From: an uncultured Desulfobacterales bacterium
Lineage (GTDB): Bacteria > Desulfobacterota > DSM-4660 > Desulfatiglandales > HGW-15
Direction of reading: 5' to 3'
DNA length: 51,511 nt
Assembly (NCBI GenBank): GCA_964413125.1
Contig: CAYPSZ010000289.1
Coordinates: 1-51,511, forward strand
Shown here: positions 39,520 to 48,615 of the stretch, one piece after another
Layout of the letters: each line of letters opens with the position of its first letter
How positions within the stretch are numbered: the first letter of the stretch is position 1
Translations under genes and position numbers: made by a program
The notes under the pieces: generated by a model
Seen by the model: the letters and a program-made list of their open reading frames with translations, nothing else
Databases searched by the model: none
What the model was told of the DNA's origin: nothing

Positions 39520-39579
39520 GAAAAGCCCCTTCACAGCCGACACCGGCCCGCGGCGTCGAATTGTCTCAAGGGCTTTTTC
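39520..39579 (-). terminator. Long hairpin / intrinsic terminator between the AF1514-like gene and phoH
   Basis: Minus strand AAAAGCCCTT...CGACGCCG-CGGGC-CGGTGTCG...AGGGGCTTTT followed by CTTATTT. Confidence 0.55.
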
Positions 39580-39630
39580 ATCAAAGGATTTCAAGATATT
39601 AGGCCGCAGGCAACATATAAAGCATGCGTC

Positions 39631-39930
39631 TCACGGAAAATCGCCGAAAATGAAATAGTATGAGCCTTCATTCACATCCACGGTGATGCTTCCGCCACGG
39701 GTTTCGGCGTACACGACCCAACCGGGCTTTTCTTCGCTGCAGCACTCCACCTGCGGGGAAAAGGAACCTGAACTCCGGTCATACCAGCCAAGAAGCATTG
39801 GATCGGTCATATGTTTCTTCACTTCTTGCTCAGCCAGTTCTCGAGCCTCCTTGAAATCCGGCTCCGTGTCGCTGTGAAGGGCCACTGTATTCGGCAGCAT
39901 GTCCCTGGTCAATTCCGCACAACTTTTCAT
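39631..39930 (-). CDS. AF1514-like (DUF5619) protein
   Basis: PMLLGWYDR..FSPQVECC.EKPGWVVYAETRGG pattern. SD AAGGAG. Confidence 0.65.
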   Translation of the reverse strand: MKSCAELTRDMLPNTVALHSDTEPDFKEARELAEQEVKKHMTDPMLLGWYDRSSGSFSPQVECCSEEKPGWVVYAETRGGSITVDVNEGSYYFIFGDFP

Positions 39931-40238
39931 AACTATCTCCTTTCTACTAATCTTGTCAAACCCAAACTCCGCTCGTTCCCTTAGCGTATCAAATCAAACT
40001 TCCATGGCGTGGAAAAAACGGCCGCCCCGGAGGTAAAAAACTAATTACGATTTCATGGGTATCAATGTATGAAACGGACGATTAAAACCTACCGGGCAGT
40101 GCCCATCCTGAAAGGCCTTTTGAGCACCGGGGATTTCCTGATAAAGTGTTCAAGCGCCCTTGCCATTTAATTTGGCTGGGAGTAGGCTTACCAATCAGTC
40201 GGCTTTTGCGTGCCGATCAGGAGAGAAAGGAGGGACCC

Positions 40239-40820
40239 ATGACATCCAAGATACCTACGCGCGAGGAGGCCTTCCGTCTGCTCACGGAGTTCAACCGGTC
40301 CGAAAGCCTTGTTAAGCACGCCCTGGCAGTTGAGGCGGTGATGCGCCACTCGGCGCGCAAGCGGGGAGAAGACCAGGAAAAATGGGGTATAATCGGGCTG
40401 ATCCATGATCTGGACTACGAGAAGTACCCGGATATGCACTGCACCAAAACCGGTGAAATCCTGAGGGAGCGGGACTGGCCCGACGAATACATCAGGGCCG
40501 CGGTGAGCCATGGCTGGGGGATCTGTTCGGACGTCAAGCCTGAGACGGATCTTGAAAAAACCCTGTATGCGGTTGACGAGCTCACAGGTCTTGTGGTGAC
40601 CACGGCTCTGGTCCGCCCCTCAAAGAGCGTCATGGACCTCAAGGCAAAATCAGTCAAGAAGAAGTGGAATGACAAGCGATTTGCAGCCGGCGTTGACAGG
40701 TCCATTATTGAGAGGGGCGCTCAGATGCTCGGAGTGGAACTCGTGGACCTTATAACGGATACCATCATGGGCATGCGCGAGGTTGCAGAAGAAATAGGCT
40801 TGAAAGGAGAGCCTGCGTGA
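40239..40820 (+). CDS. HD (HDIG) domain metal-dependent hydrolase
   Basis: KHALAVEAVM, HDLDYE, SHG, DELTG, RPS and FAAGVDR motifs. SD AAGGAGG before MTSKIP. Confidence 0.88.
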   Translation: MTSKIPTREEAFRLLTEFNRSESLVKHALAVEAVMRHSARKRGEDQEKWGIIGLIHDLDYEKYPDMHCTKTGEILRERDWPDEYIRAAVSHGWGICSDVKPETDLEKTLYAVDELTGLVVTTALVRPSKSVMDLKAKSVKKKWNDKRFAAGVDRSIIERGAQMLGVELVDLITDTIMGMREVAEEIGLKGEPA

Positions 40821-42091
40821 CGTTCGTAAGGTTTTCCAACGCGCGATTCATGGTGTTCTTTAAACATATTTGGGTCTTTTCCTTGATGGTGCCATGTGCC
40901 TGGTGGTGCCTCCACCAGACATACTCGGAAGCGGCTCAACAGGGATTAGGCCAAGGACTCGCAAGACTCGCAGGTGAGGGCGCGGTCATGGCTGTGGATG
41001 TCCACGGCCGGATTCTGGCCTCGCATCATCCTGACAAACCCCTTGTTCCGGCGTCAATACTCAAGATAGTAACCGCTGCAGCATCGCTGGAGGAACTGGG
41101 GCCGGCCTATCGTTTCAAAACCCTGTTTCGCTTGACTCCCCAAGGGGATCTTCTGGTCTCCGGCAGGGGTGATCCCTTTCTGGTGTCCGAGGAACTCGAC
41201 CTGATCGCAGAAGCGCTTAGGGCACGGGGGCTTTCGCGAGTGCGGCATATATTGCTTGACAACGAGTTTTTCGAGCCCGGGCTTGTGCTTCACGGCACCA
41301 ACCGGAGTCTAAACCCTTATGACGCCTACAACGGGGCCTTGTGCGTCAATTTCAATACTGTTTACATCCAGGTGGATTCCCGGGGACGCATCCGCTCGGC
41401 CGAGCCGCAGACCCCTTTGACGGACACGGCGCTCCGCGCCGCGCGCCAAGGCGGCATAAAGGGCAAGGCACGCATCAATCTATCAGAGAGTCCGGACCAG
41501 TGCCTTCAGTATGCCGGGGAACTCATAAGGGCCTTTCTTGAAAGGAAGGGCATGGGGGTTGACGGGGACATAAAGAGATGCCAAGAGGACCCGGCGTCCT
41601 TTCCCCTCCTGTATGTCCATCAATCCACCCGGACCCTTGCCGATCTTTTGGAGGATGTGTTTCGCTACTCAAACAACTTCATGGCGAACCAGATCTTTCT
41701 GACCCTCGGCGCCTCTCGTTTCGGCCCCCCTGCTACGCCTGAAAAGGCAAGACGCGTGATCAAGGATTTCCTGAAAGACGCCGGCATCGAGGATGTCCAT
41801 GTGGAAGAGGGTTCAGGTCTCAGCCGGAAAACGCGCATCACCGCCAGGCAGATGATTGAAGTTCTGGATCGTTTCCGTCCTCACCGAGGCCTGCTGGGAT
41901 GCAAGAACGGGTCATGCTCCAAGACCGGGACCCTTTACGACGTCAAATCTCTTGCAGGGTATCTGGTCCCCGATACCGGAGGTCCTGTTTCTTTCGTTAT
42001 TCTCCTTAACGGCCCTCAGTACGGGCGAGGAACCCGTAACAGGATATTCTCCCTTTTGAAGGACGGACTGCTTGCCGGTCCCGGAGAGTGA
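40817..42091 (+). CDS. dacB: D-Ala-D-Ala carboxypeptidase/endopeptidase (peptidase S13, PBP4)
   Basis: PASILK (SxxK), GDP, SNN (SxN), EGSGLS and KTGTL motifs. Start uncertain. Confidence 0.9.
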   Translation: MTFVRFSNARFMVFFKHIWVFSLMVPCAWWCLHQTYSEAAQQGLGQGLARLAGEGAVMAVDVHGRILASHHPDKPLVPASILKIVTAAASLEELGPAYRFKTLFRLTPQGDLLVSGRGDPFLVSEELDLIAEALRARGLSRVRHILLDNEFFEPGLVLHGTNRSLNPYDAYNGALCVNFNTVYIQVDSRGRIRSAEPQTPLTDTALRAARQGGIKGKARINLSESPDQCLQYAGELIRAFLERKGMGVDGDIKRCQEDPASFPLLYVHQSTRTLADLLEDVFRYSNNFMANQIFLTLGASRFGPPATPEKARRVIKDFLKDAGIEDVHVEEGSGLSRKTRITARQMIEVLDRFRPHRGLLGCKNGSCSKTGTLYDVKSLAGYLVPDTGGPVSFVILLNGPQYGRGTRNRIFSLLKDGLLAGPGE

Positions 42092-42115
42092 CTTCTTTTT
42101 TTACAGGAGTTCCGC

Positions 42116-42826
42116 ATGCATGTCCGCCGCATTTCTTTTTTGAGCCGAGACTACCCCACAGACTCCTACTATCCATTCAACCTGGAAACCTTTCGCCATA
42201 CAGACTCTCTGAGGCTCAAGACTCCGGTGACCCTTTTCGTGGGGGAAAACGGGAGCGGCAAGTCCACCCTTCTCCGTGCCATTGCAAACCGGTGCGGTAT
42301 ACACATTTGGAAGACCATCGAGACCAGCCGCTTCGAAATCAACCCTTACGAGCAACTGCTCTGGCGTTTTATAGACGTTGAGTGGACGGGCGAATATGTG
42401 TCCGGATCTTTTTTCTCCTCGGAGATGTTTTACGACTTCGCCAGGAACCTGGATGAATGGGCGGTTTCCGACCCGGATACGCTCAGGTATTTTGGAGGCA
42501 AATCATTGATGACCCAGTCTCACGGCCAGTCTCTGATGAGCTTTTTCAAGGCCCGTTATCGCATAAAGGGGCTCTATCTCATGGACGAACCGGAGACCGC
42601 CCTTTCCCCAAGCACCCAGCTGGATTTGCTGGACCTGCTGGAGGAAACGGGAAAGGCCGGTCATGCTCAATTTATTGTGGCCACGCACTCTCCGATTCTT
42701 ATGGCCTGCTCAGGAGCCTCCATATACGGCTTTGACAAGGTTCCCATCGGCGAGATCGCTTACAAAGACACCGAGCATTACAGGGTATATCGTGACTTCA
42801 TGAAGAAGATGGAGGCCGGGCCTTAG
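42116..42826 (+). CDS. ABC/AAA-type ATPase (COG3910-like)
   Basis: VGENGSGKSTLL, SHGQS, MDEPETALSP and QFIVATHSPIL motifs. Confidence 0.85.
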   Translation: MHVRRISFLSRDYPTDSYYPFNLETFRHTDSLRLKTPVTLFVGENGSGKSTLLRAIANRCGIHIWKTIETSRFEINPYEQLLWRFIDVEWTGEYVSGSFFSSEMFYDFARNLDEWAVSDPDTLRYFGGKSLMTQSHGQSLMSFFKARYRIKGLYLMDEPETALSPSTQLDLLDLLEETGKAGHAQFIVATHSPILMACSGASIYGFDKVPIGEIAYKDTEHYRVYRDFMKKMEAGP

Positions 42827-42881
42827 CCGCTAAAGCGCCTTTTGCTTTCCCCGGGCGATTTGCCTGTGGGCCCTTTAAGGA

Positions 42882-43499
42882 TCATTTTTTCCGGTAAAGC
42901 GCCAGGGTGCCGTTAAGGGCCCGGCCCGGCGTAAGAAGCTCGAATCCGGGCAAGCGAGGCTGAATGCGTTCGAGGCCGTACACGGCAAAAACCGCCCCGG
43001 GTTCGGCCTTTTGCGCGATCACTGCCGCGAATTCTTCCTGCATGGTGAGGTAGGTGTAAAAGAGGTCAAAGGCCTGGAACGGTATGCCCGCCTCCGCCTC
43101 TATGGTGCCGTGAAGGCGGTCATCCGTGGAATCGCCCGAGAACAGCCATATGTTTTCCGGAAGCGGTATAAGGTCGAGGCGGGAGAGTTCGTTTTCAAGG
43201 CCCTTTTTGAGCCCTGAATAATCATCAAGGATCCAGTCGTCGATTTCTATGCCCACGGAAATGCGGGTCACATACCCCAGCAGTAGATTGACCCGGCCGT
43301 CAGCGCAGCCCATGTCCAAGAACCGCGTCTTGCCCGGCACAACTATACCATCTTCCGCCAGCCTTTTCAGACAGGCAAGCAACCGGCCCAGTTCGCTGGA
43401 ACGTCTAAAACCCAGCGCCCCCACATTTCCCACCTGCCGTTCGTCGCAGAACCGGGCCACGGCTTCCATGGTGCTCCATAACCGGCTTACACTCTTCAC
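42882..43499 (-). CDS. Putative class I SAM-dependent methyltransferase
   Basis: Motif I FLDMGCADGRV, acidic motif II GIEID, GD and FDLFYTY. GTG start. Confidence 0.65.
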   Translation of the reverse strand: MKSVSRLWSTMEAVARFCDERQVGNVGALGFRRSSELGRLLACLKRLAEDGIVVPGKTRFLDMGCADGRVNLLLGYVTRISVGIEIDDWILDDYSGLKKGLENELSRLDLIPLPENIWLFSGDSTDDRLHGTIEAEAGIPFQAFDLFYTYLTMQEEFAAVIAQKAEPGAVFAVYGLERIQPRLPGFELLTPGRALNGTLALYRKK

Positions 43500-43524
43500 A
43501 TCCCACCCCCGGGCGTTATTTCTT

Positions 43525-44022
43525 TCAACAGCGCAAAAGCCGGGTCTTCACCCTTTCAGCCAGAAGGAACAGGGCAAGGAGCTCTTCTCCCTCGCAATCT
43601 CTAAGACAAGAAAGTTTTTCCGGATATATGGAATCGGTTACTTTTTTGCAGATATAGTTGATGCAGATCACATGCCGGGCCGACAAGACGCACCCGGACG
43701 GTCCCAGGAAAAAACAGCCGGCCGGGTCGAAGCGCTCGCGTGGAAGGGATCGCCCAAGCAGGAGATTCACAAGGAGCAGGACACCGCTGTATCGATCCTC
43801 TATTCCCTTGCCACAGCAGGAGCCTCCTTCCAGTTGTTCACATTCACGGCAGATCTCCGCCATACCTGCCTTTTGCATCATCAGACAGGAGGCTGCAACA
43901 GCCGAGTCGAAACGCTCAATGAGCCTTGAAATCTCCGGGTCGGCGGACAGCCTGGAGCCGGTCAGGCAGAAAACCCTTTCGGCCCAGGCGATCTTATGTT
44001 CTATGGTTAGCTTTTTTACCAC
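43525..44022 (-). CDS. Cysteine-cluster protein (YkgJ/FliB-like)
   Basis: CRECEQLEGGSCC ... CFFLGPSGC ... C-x4-C pattern. Start uncertain; overlaps the lon stop. Confidence 0.6.
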   Translation of the reverse strand: MVKKLTIEHKIAWAERVFCLTGSRLSADPEISRLIERFDSAVAASCLMMQKAGMAEICRECEQLEGGSCCGKGIEDRYSGVLLLVNLLLGRSLPRERFDPAGCFFLGPSGCVLSARHVICINYICKKVTDSIYPEKLSCLRDCEGEELLALFLLAERVKTRLLRC

Positions 44023-46477
44023 CTTTTTCTTCCGTTGGTTCGGAATTGCCGAACCGCTTGAGACCTTCAGCAAGCTTACGGAGTTTTCGGTCGGCCAGGT
44101 CGTTTATGCTGCCTTTGGTATATGTCCCATCGGCTTTCATCTTGCCTGCGGGCTTGCCCGTAAGGATTTCCATCCCCTGGTCCACGGTCCCGACCGACCA
44201 CACGTGGAATTGCCCCTTGGTAACCGCCTCAACCACGTCCTTCCTGAGCATCAGATCCTTGATATTGGACCGGGGAATCATGACGCCCTGCTTTCCGGTC
44301 AATCCGGCCATTCTGCAGCAGTCGTAAAAGCCCTCGATCTTCATGTTCACTCCGCCGATGGCCTGAATTTCACCTTTCTGGTTCACGGACCCGGTTACGG
44401 CGATGTATTGCTTGAGGGGGATGCCGGTCAGACTGGAAAGCAGGGCATAGATCTCCGTGGATGAGGCGCTGTCTCCGTCCACCCCGCCGTAAGACTGTTC
44501 AAAAGCTATGCTGGCGCTCATGGTCAGGGGTTTCTCCTGCGCGAATTTGTGGCGGAGATAACCGCCGAGTATAAGGACTCCCTTGTTATGGGTTTTTCCT
44601 GAAAGATCCGCTTCACGTTCAATGTTGATGATGCCCGCGCGGCCCATGGACGTGGATGCGGTTATGCGGTTTGGTTTGCCGAAGGCATAGTCGCCCATAT
44701 CATACACGGCCAGACCGTTGACCTGTCCTACCTTCTCGCCGTCAACATCGATCATAAGAGTGCCTCGATCGATCATTTCTCGGATCTTCTGCTCGATGAG
44801 GTTGGATCTATAGATCTTGGATTCTATAGCCTTGTCAACATGTTGGTCGGTTATGATGGAGGACCCTTCCACCCCGGCCCAATAGTCGGCCTCCCGGATA
44901 CGGTCGGTGATTTCCGGAAAGCTCGTGGACAGCTTTTCCTGGCGGCCGGTCATGCGCACGGCCTCTTCAATCATGGCGGCTATACCGGTGCGGTGGACGG
45001 GTCTCAGACCGTCTTCGTTTACGGACATCTTTATAAATTCAGCGAACCGGTGAATGGATTCTTCGTTCTTTTCCATGGACGTATCAAATGCGGCTCTCAC
45101 CTTGAAGATCTTGGGGGTGTCTTCGTCATACCTGAGGAGGAGGTAGTAAACGTGGTCCTCTGAAACCACGATGACCTTGGTATCCATCTCCACCGGTTCC
45201 GGTTTTAGCCCTGTGGTGGTGAACAGGTAAAAAGGGTCATAGGTCTGGATTTCCATTCTTTCGGTCTTGAGCGCACGCTTGAGAGCCGGCCAAACGCCCG
45301 GTTCGATCAGGGCGTCCATGAGGTTGATCACCAGGTATCCACCCCTTGCCTTAACCAGTGAACCTGCTCGGATCCTGCTGAAGTCCGTCCTCCAAATGCC
45401 GCTTCTGTCCACCACACGCTCAATGGAGCCGAAAAGGTTGCGGTAGGTTGGATAGGTCTCCACTAAGACGGGCACTGATGACAACTCCGAATTGTCGACC
45501 ATTACGTTTACCTGGTAAGGCTGGAAAGGGTCTCCTTCATACATCGGAAAGGGGAATCCCTGCGTTTGGGCCTTGTCCCGGGCCTGAAAGATCTTTGCGT
45601 TTTCACCTAGGTCAGCCAGCATGTCATCCAGAAATCTTCTTACCTTGTCTCCTTCGTACTTACGACGGATAGGGGCCATGGACTCGTTGGCCAGTTTCAT
45701 GAACAACATCTGATCCGTCTTCTCAATGTTCTCCTGGACCTCCTTTTGGAGATCCCGGAGTTCAAGGAAGATCTGGTCGATTTCCTCTCGGAGCTCGGAC
45801 TGTTTCTTCTTCAGGGCCTCATACTCCTCCCGGGGGAAGCGACCCTTCTCCACAAGGGCCTCTATCTGGTCGATGTGTGTGGGCTCCCCGTCCACAAGGG
45901 GCACCACTTCGGGCCGTTTGACCTCGCCCATCTGGATGTCCACCAGGGCGAAGCCGTCCTCGCGAACCTTTTTGTCAAGGTCTTTGAAGAACCCCTTGCC
46001 CTTTTTTTCGTAGGCCTGCATGATCTCTTTTTTTCGGTTGAGATAATCCTGACCTTCAAACAGGGAGGGCACTTCCTTTTTCAGGTGTTCCAGGAAGTCA
46101 TGAATGTCTTTTTTGAACGTATTGCCCTTTCCGGCAGCAAACCTGAGGAGAACGGGGTTTTCAGGTGTCTTGAAGTTGTTGACATAGCAGAGGTCGTCAG
46201 GAATTCCGCCTTTATTCTGTTCGGCTATCTGCGTGAGGAGCTTCTTCACCGTGGACATCCGTCCGGTTCCCGCTATACCCGTAACAAAGACGTTGTATCC
46301 CTGTTTGCGCATGCCCACGCCAAAGCGGAAAGCCTCGACCCCTCTGTCCTGGCCGATGATTTCCGCGAGGGGTTTAAGGTCATCGGTGGTTTCGTAGTTA
46401 AGGGATCCCGGGTCCAATCGCCACCTTAACTGCTCATTGGGCACTTTGCCGGAGTCTGTTTTCTTCTTCCCTGGCAT
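43994..46477 (-). CDS. Lon-like S16 protease (LonC type)
   Basis: IIGQDRG, degenerate Walker A GIAGTGR, GQVNGLAV, FEQSYGGVDGDSAS (catalytic Ser) and GGVNMKIEGF (catalytic Lys). Start MPGKK. Confidence 0.92.
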   Translation of the reverse strand: MPGKKKTDSGKVPNEQLRWRLDPGSLNYETTDDLKPLAEIIGQDRGVEAFRFGVGMRKQGYNVFVTGIAGTGRMSTVKKLLTQIAEQNKGGIPDDLCYVNNFKTPENPVLLRFAAGKGNTFKKDIHDFLEHLKKEVPSLFEGQDYLNRKKEIMQAYEKKGKGFFKDLDKKVREDGFALVDIQMGEVKRPEVVPLVDGEPTHIDQIEALVEKGRFPREEYEALKKKQSELREEIDQIFLELRDLQKEVQENIEKTDQMLFMKLANESMAPIRRKYEGDKVRRFLDDMLADLGENAKIFQARDKAQTQGFPFPMYEGDPFQPYQVNVMVDNSELSSVPVLVETYPTYRNLFGSIERVVDRSGIWRTDFSRIRAGSLVKARGGYLVINLMDALIEPGVWPALKRALKTERMEIQTYDPFYLFTTTGLKPEPVEMDTKVIVVSEDHVYYLLLRYDEDTPKIFKVRAAFDTSMEKNEESIHRFAEFIKMSVNEDGLRPVHRTGIAAMIEEAVRMTGRQEKLSTSFPEITDRIREADYWAGVEGSSIITDQHVDKAIESKIYRSNLIEQKIREMIDRGTLMIDVDGEKVGQVNGLAVYDMGDYAFGKPNRITASTSMGRAGIINIEREADLSGKTHNKGVLILGGYLRHKFAQEKPLTMSASIAFEQSYGGVDGDSASSTEIYALLSSLTGIPLKQYIAVTGSVNQKGEIQAIGGVNMKIEGFYDCCRMAGLTGKQGVMIPRSNIKDLMLRKDVVEAVTKGQFHVWSVGTVDQGMEILTGKPAGKMKADGTYTKGSINDLADRKLRKLAEGLKRFGNSEPTEEKGGKKANHRT

Positions 46478-46593
46478 CAAAGACCTCCTGTTGAGTAGTA
46501 CTGCGGCCGGCATGTGCGGCAGGGTGCCGGGATGCGGGAAAATACTTAAGCGTCAAAGGGGCGCTGATTACGATCCAAACCCGCGTGGCAGGA

Positions 46594-47040
46594 TCAGGTG
46601 ATCCGGATCTCGATTTCACGAACGGGCACTGTCTTGCGCTTAGGCATCACCACTTTCAATACGCCGTTATTAAAAGTCGCTTCCGCCCCTTCAGGCAACA
46701 CCCGGCAGGGGAGCCGAATGCTCCTTGAAAAGGAACCATAGCGGGCCTGAATCCTGCGGCTTCTTTCGTTGTCCTGAACTTGACCTTTCCGCACGGCCCC
46801 CTGAATCATGAGAAGGTCTTCCGAGACTCGAACGGCAAGGTCCCGGGGGTCGATTTCCGGGGCCTTGGCCCTGAGCACAAGGGAATTACCCTGATCCATA
46901 AGTTCCACCGCGTCGATCCCTCCGGAATGAGGAAGCGTGAGTTCCATCCCGAAGTCGTCCCAGACCCGATCGAACATGCGGCCCATGTCTCTTCTGAGAC
47001 GGTTCATCTCTTGCGTTTTCCAGGTGGTCAGCTCTGCCAT
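46594..47040 (-). CDS. Hsp20/alpha-crystallin small heat-shock protein
   Basis: RYGSFSRSIRLP and ATFNNGVLKVVMPK. SD GGAGGA before MAELTTW. Confidence 0.92.
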   Translation of the reverse strand: MAELTTWKTQEMNRLRRDMGRMFDRVWDDFGMELTLPHSGGIDAVELMDQGNSLVLRAKAPEIDPRDLAVRVSEDLLMIQGAVRKGQVQDNERSRRIQARYGSFSRSIRLPCRVLPEGAEATFNNGVLKVVMPKRKTVPVREIEIRIT

Positions 47041-47472
47041 GGTTAGTCCTCCTCCGGGTGCCCCGGGTTTGCCGTTACCGCCCGGAAGTCCCGGTCGGCA
47101 TGCTTCCGGATCTTGGGATTTCAGGACCATCCCGTCTTTTTTAGGTGCCTGGTCCCAAAACGGCGTGCAGGGGGGCGGCTTGTCTTTGGAGCTTCAAGGT
47201 CTGATTCTAGGGAGATGACGTCTGTGACGCAAGCCCTTTTACCAGTCATGTACCGGGAAAAACGTTTAGCGACTCGCTCTTGAAAGCCTGTCAGGAAAAC
47301 AAGAAGTTTGGGCGCCAGGCGGTCGAGACGGTGACGATTTTGATCCTGTACCGAGGTTGGTGGCGTAGGAGGCCGTGAAAGTCCGGGTGCGGATATCTTT
47401 ACAAACAGAGGCCACAAGGATAGAGTGGTAGGTGTTGCGGTTGAGGAAAGCGGATGGAATGCGGGTTCTTGC

Positions 47473-47790
47473 ATGGGGTTTCTCAGGCACAGGAAGACAA
47501 ATAATAAGGCCGTGGTTGGTTTTATCCTCCCTTTCCTGGCCATGGGCCTGGCCTCTGCAGTAGTGCTCTGGGAACGGGCTCACGGCCTGCCTGTTCCCGT
47601 GTGGGTACCCCTTTTGACCCTGGTTCCGCTCCTCCTGATCGCCGGCCTGATTCTCTCCTTCAGGTCCATTCCCCTCATCGAGGAACTCGGAGATGGGGAC
47701 TATGCCTATTCAGGCCTTGTCCTCAACGGTTTCCTGATCCTGTTTCTTCTGGTGAGCATACTTTACTACTTCCTGCGGGTGGCCGAGTAG
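47473..47790 (+). CDS. Small membrane protein, hypothetical (3 TM)
   Basis: Three hydrophobic segments followed by a terminator-like hairpin. Confidence 0.6.
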   Translation: MGFLRHRKTNNKAVVGFILPFLAMGLASAVVLWERAHGLPVPVWVPLLTLVPLLLIAGLILSFRSIPLIEELGDGDYAYSGLVLNGFLILFLLVSILYYFLRVAE

Positions 47791-47893
47791 GAGTCTTGTT
47801 TCCCCCCACATCGCATGACCGGTGTTGCGGTCATTCCTTTTAATCAAGAGGGTGACATCCCTACCCCCCTGTCTTGACTTCATGTCGCCCTCT

Positions 47894-47925
47894 AAGGGCA
47901 GCCCGAGACAACGGCTGCCTTTCTT
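47894..47925 (+). terminator. Intrinsic terminator
   Basis: AAGGGCAGCC-loop-GGCTGCCTTT followed by CTT. Confidence 0.55.
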
Positions 47926-48093
47926 GCGGGATTCAGCGGCAAACCAATGGAGAAGGAAGCCGTCTTTAACACGAAAACAACCCATATCTAGTGATAAAAA
48001 AAAGTAGAGACACACTCTGTGGCGTGTATTTGCCGCTTTCCTTTCTTCACCGTTTCCAGGATCAAAGACGTGTTTTCTGATGTTATTTTTTAC

Positions 48094-48159
48094 TTGACAG
48101 ATCAAGGGGGTATCGGATAAAAGTGTCATAAAGTGGAACTCAGTGTCATAAAGTGGTGC
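48094..48159 (+). promoter_or_regulatory. dcw promoter with MraZ-box direct repeats
   Basis: TTGACA at 48094, then four AGTG(T/G) repeats with exact 10-bp period (AAAGTGTCAT AAAGTGGAAC TCAGTGTCAT AAAGTGGTGC). Confidence 0.8.
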
Positions 48160-48165
48160 GCAGGC

Positions 48166-48603
48166 ATGTTCAAAGGACGATCTCGACACACGCTTGATGA
48201 GAAGGGACGACTGGCTGTCCCGACTCGGTTCAAAGATGCCCTTCAGAGTAAAGGCAACGATGTCCTTGTGCTTACGAACCATGACAGCTGCCTGTGGGCC
48301 TTTGCTCTAGACGACTGGCGCGCCATTGAAGAAAAGGCGGCGGATCTCTCCCTTTTCAACCATGCTGCCAATCGCTATCTTCGTTACTTTATCTCCGGAG
48401 CGCAGGAATGTCCAATCAAACAGGGCCGCATCACGATTCCCCCGGACTTGAGAGAGATAGCCGGGCTCAAGAAAGAAGTGGTCCTCGTCGGTGAACTGAA
48501 GATCTTTGAAATCTGGGATCGGGAGCAATGGGATGACGAGTTCGAGAAGGCCAGGCAGAGCTTCGCCCAGGACAGCCAAATCCTCTCGGAATTGGGCATC
48601 TAG
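48166..48603 (+). CDS. mraZ: Division/cell-wall cluster transcriptional repressor
   Basis: MFKG..HTLDEKGRLAVP, QGRITIP and EIWD motifs; first gene of the dcw cluster. Confidence 0.96.
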   Translation: MFKGRSRHTLDEKGRLAVPTRFKDALQSKGNDVLVLTNHDSCLWAFALDDWRAIEEKAADLSLFNHAANRYLRYFISGAQECPIKQGRITIPPDLREIAGLKKEVVLVGELKIFEIWDREQWDDEFEKARQSFAQDSQILSELGI

Positions 48604-48615
48604 AGGTAGTTCCCC

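Noticed and set aside
48020-48034. Sigma54-like TGGC...TTGC upstream of mraZ
   Set aside because: GG-GC spacing is 9 nt rather than the strict 10 nt.
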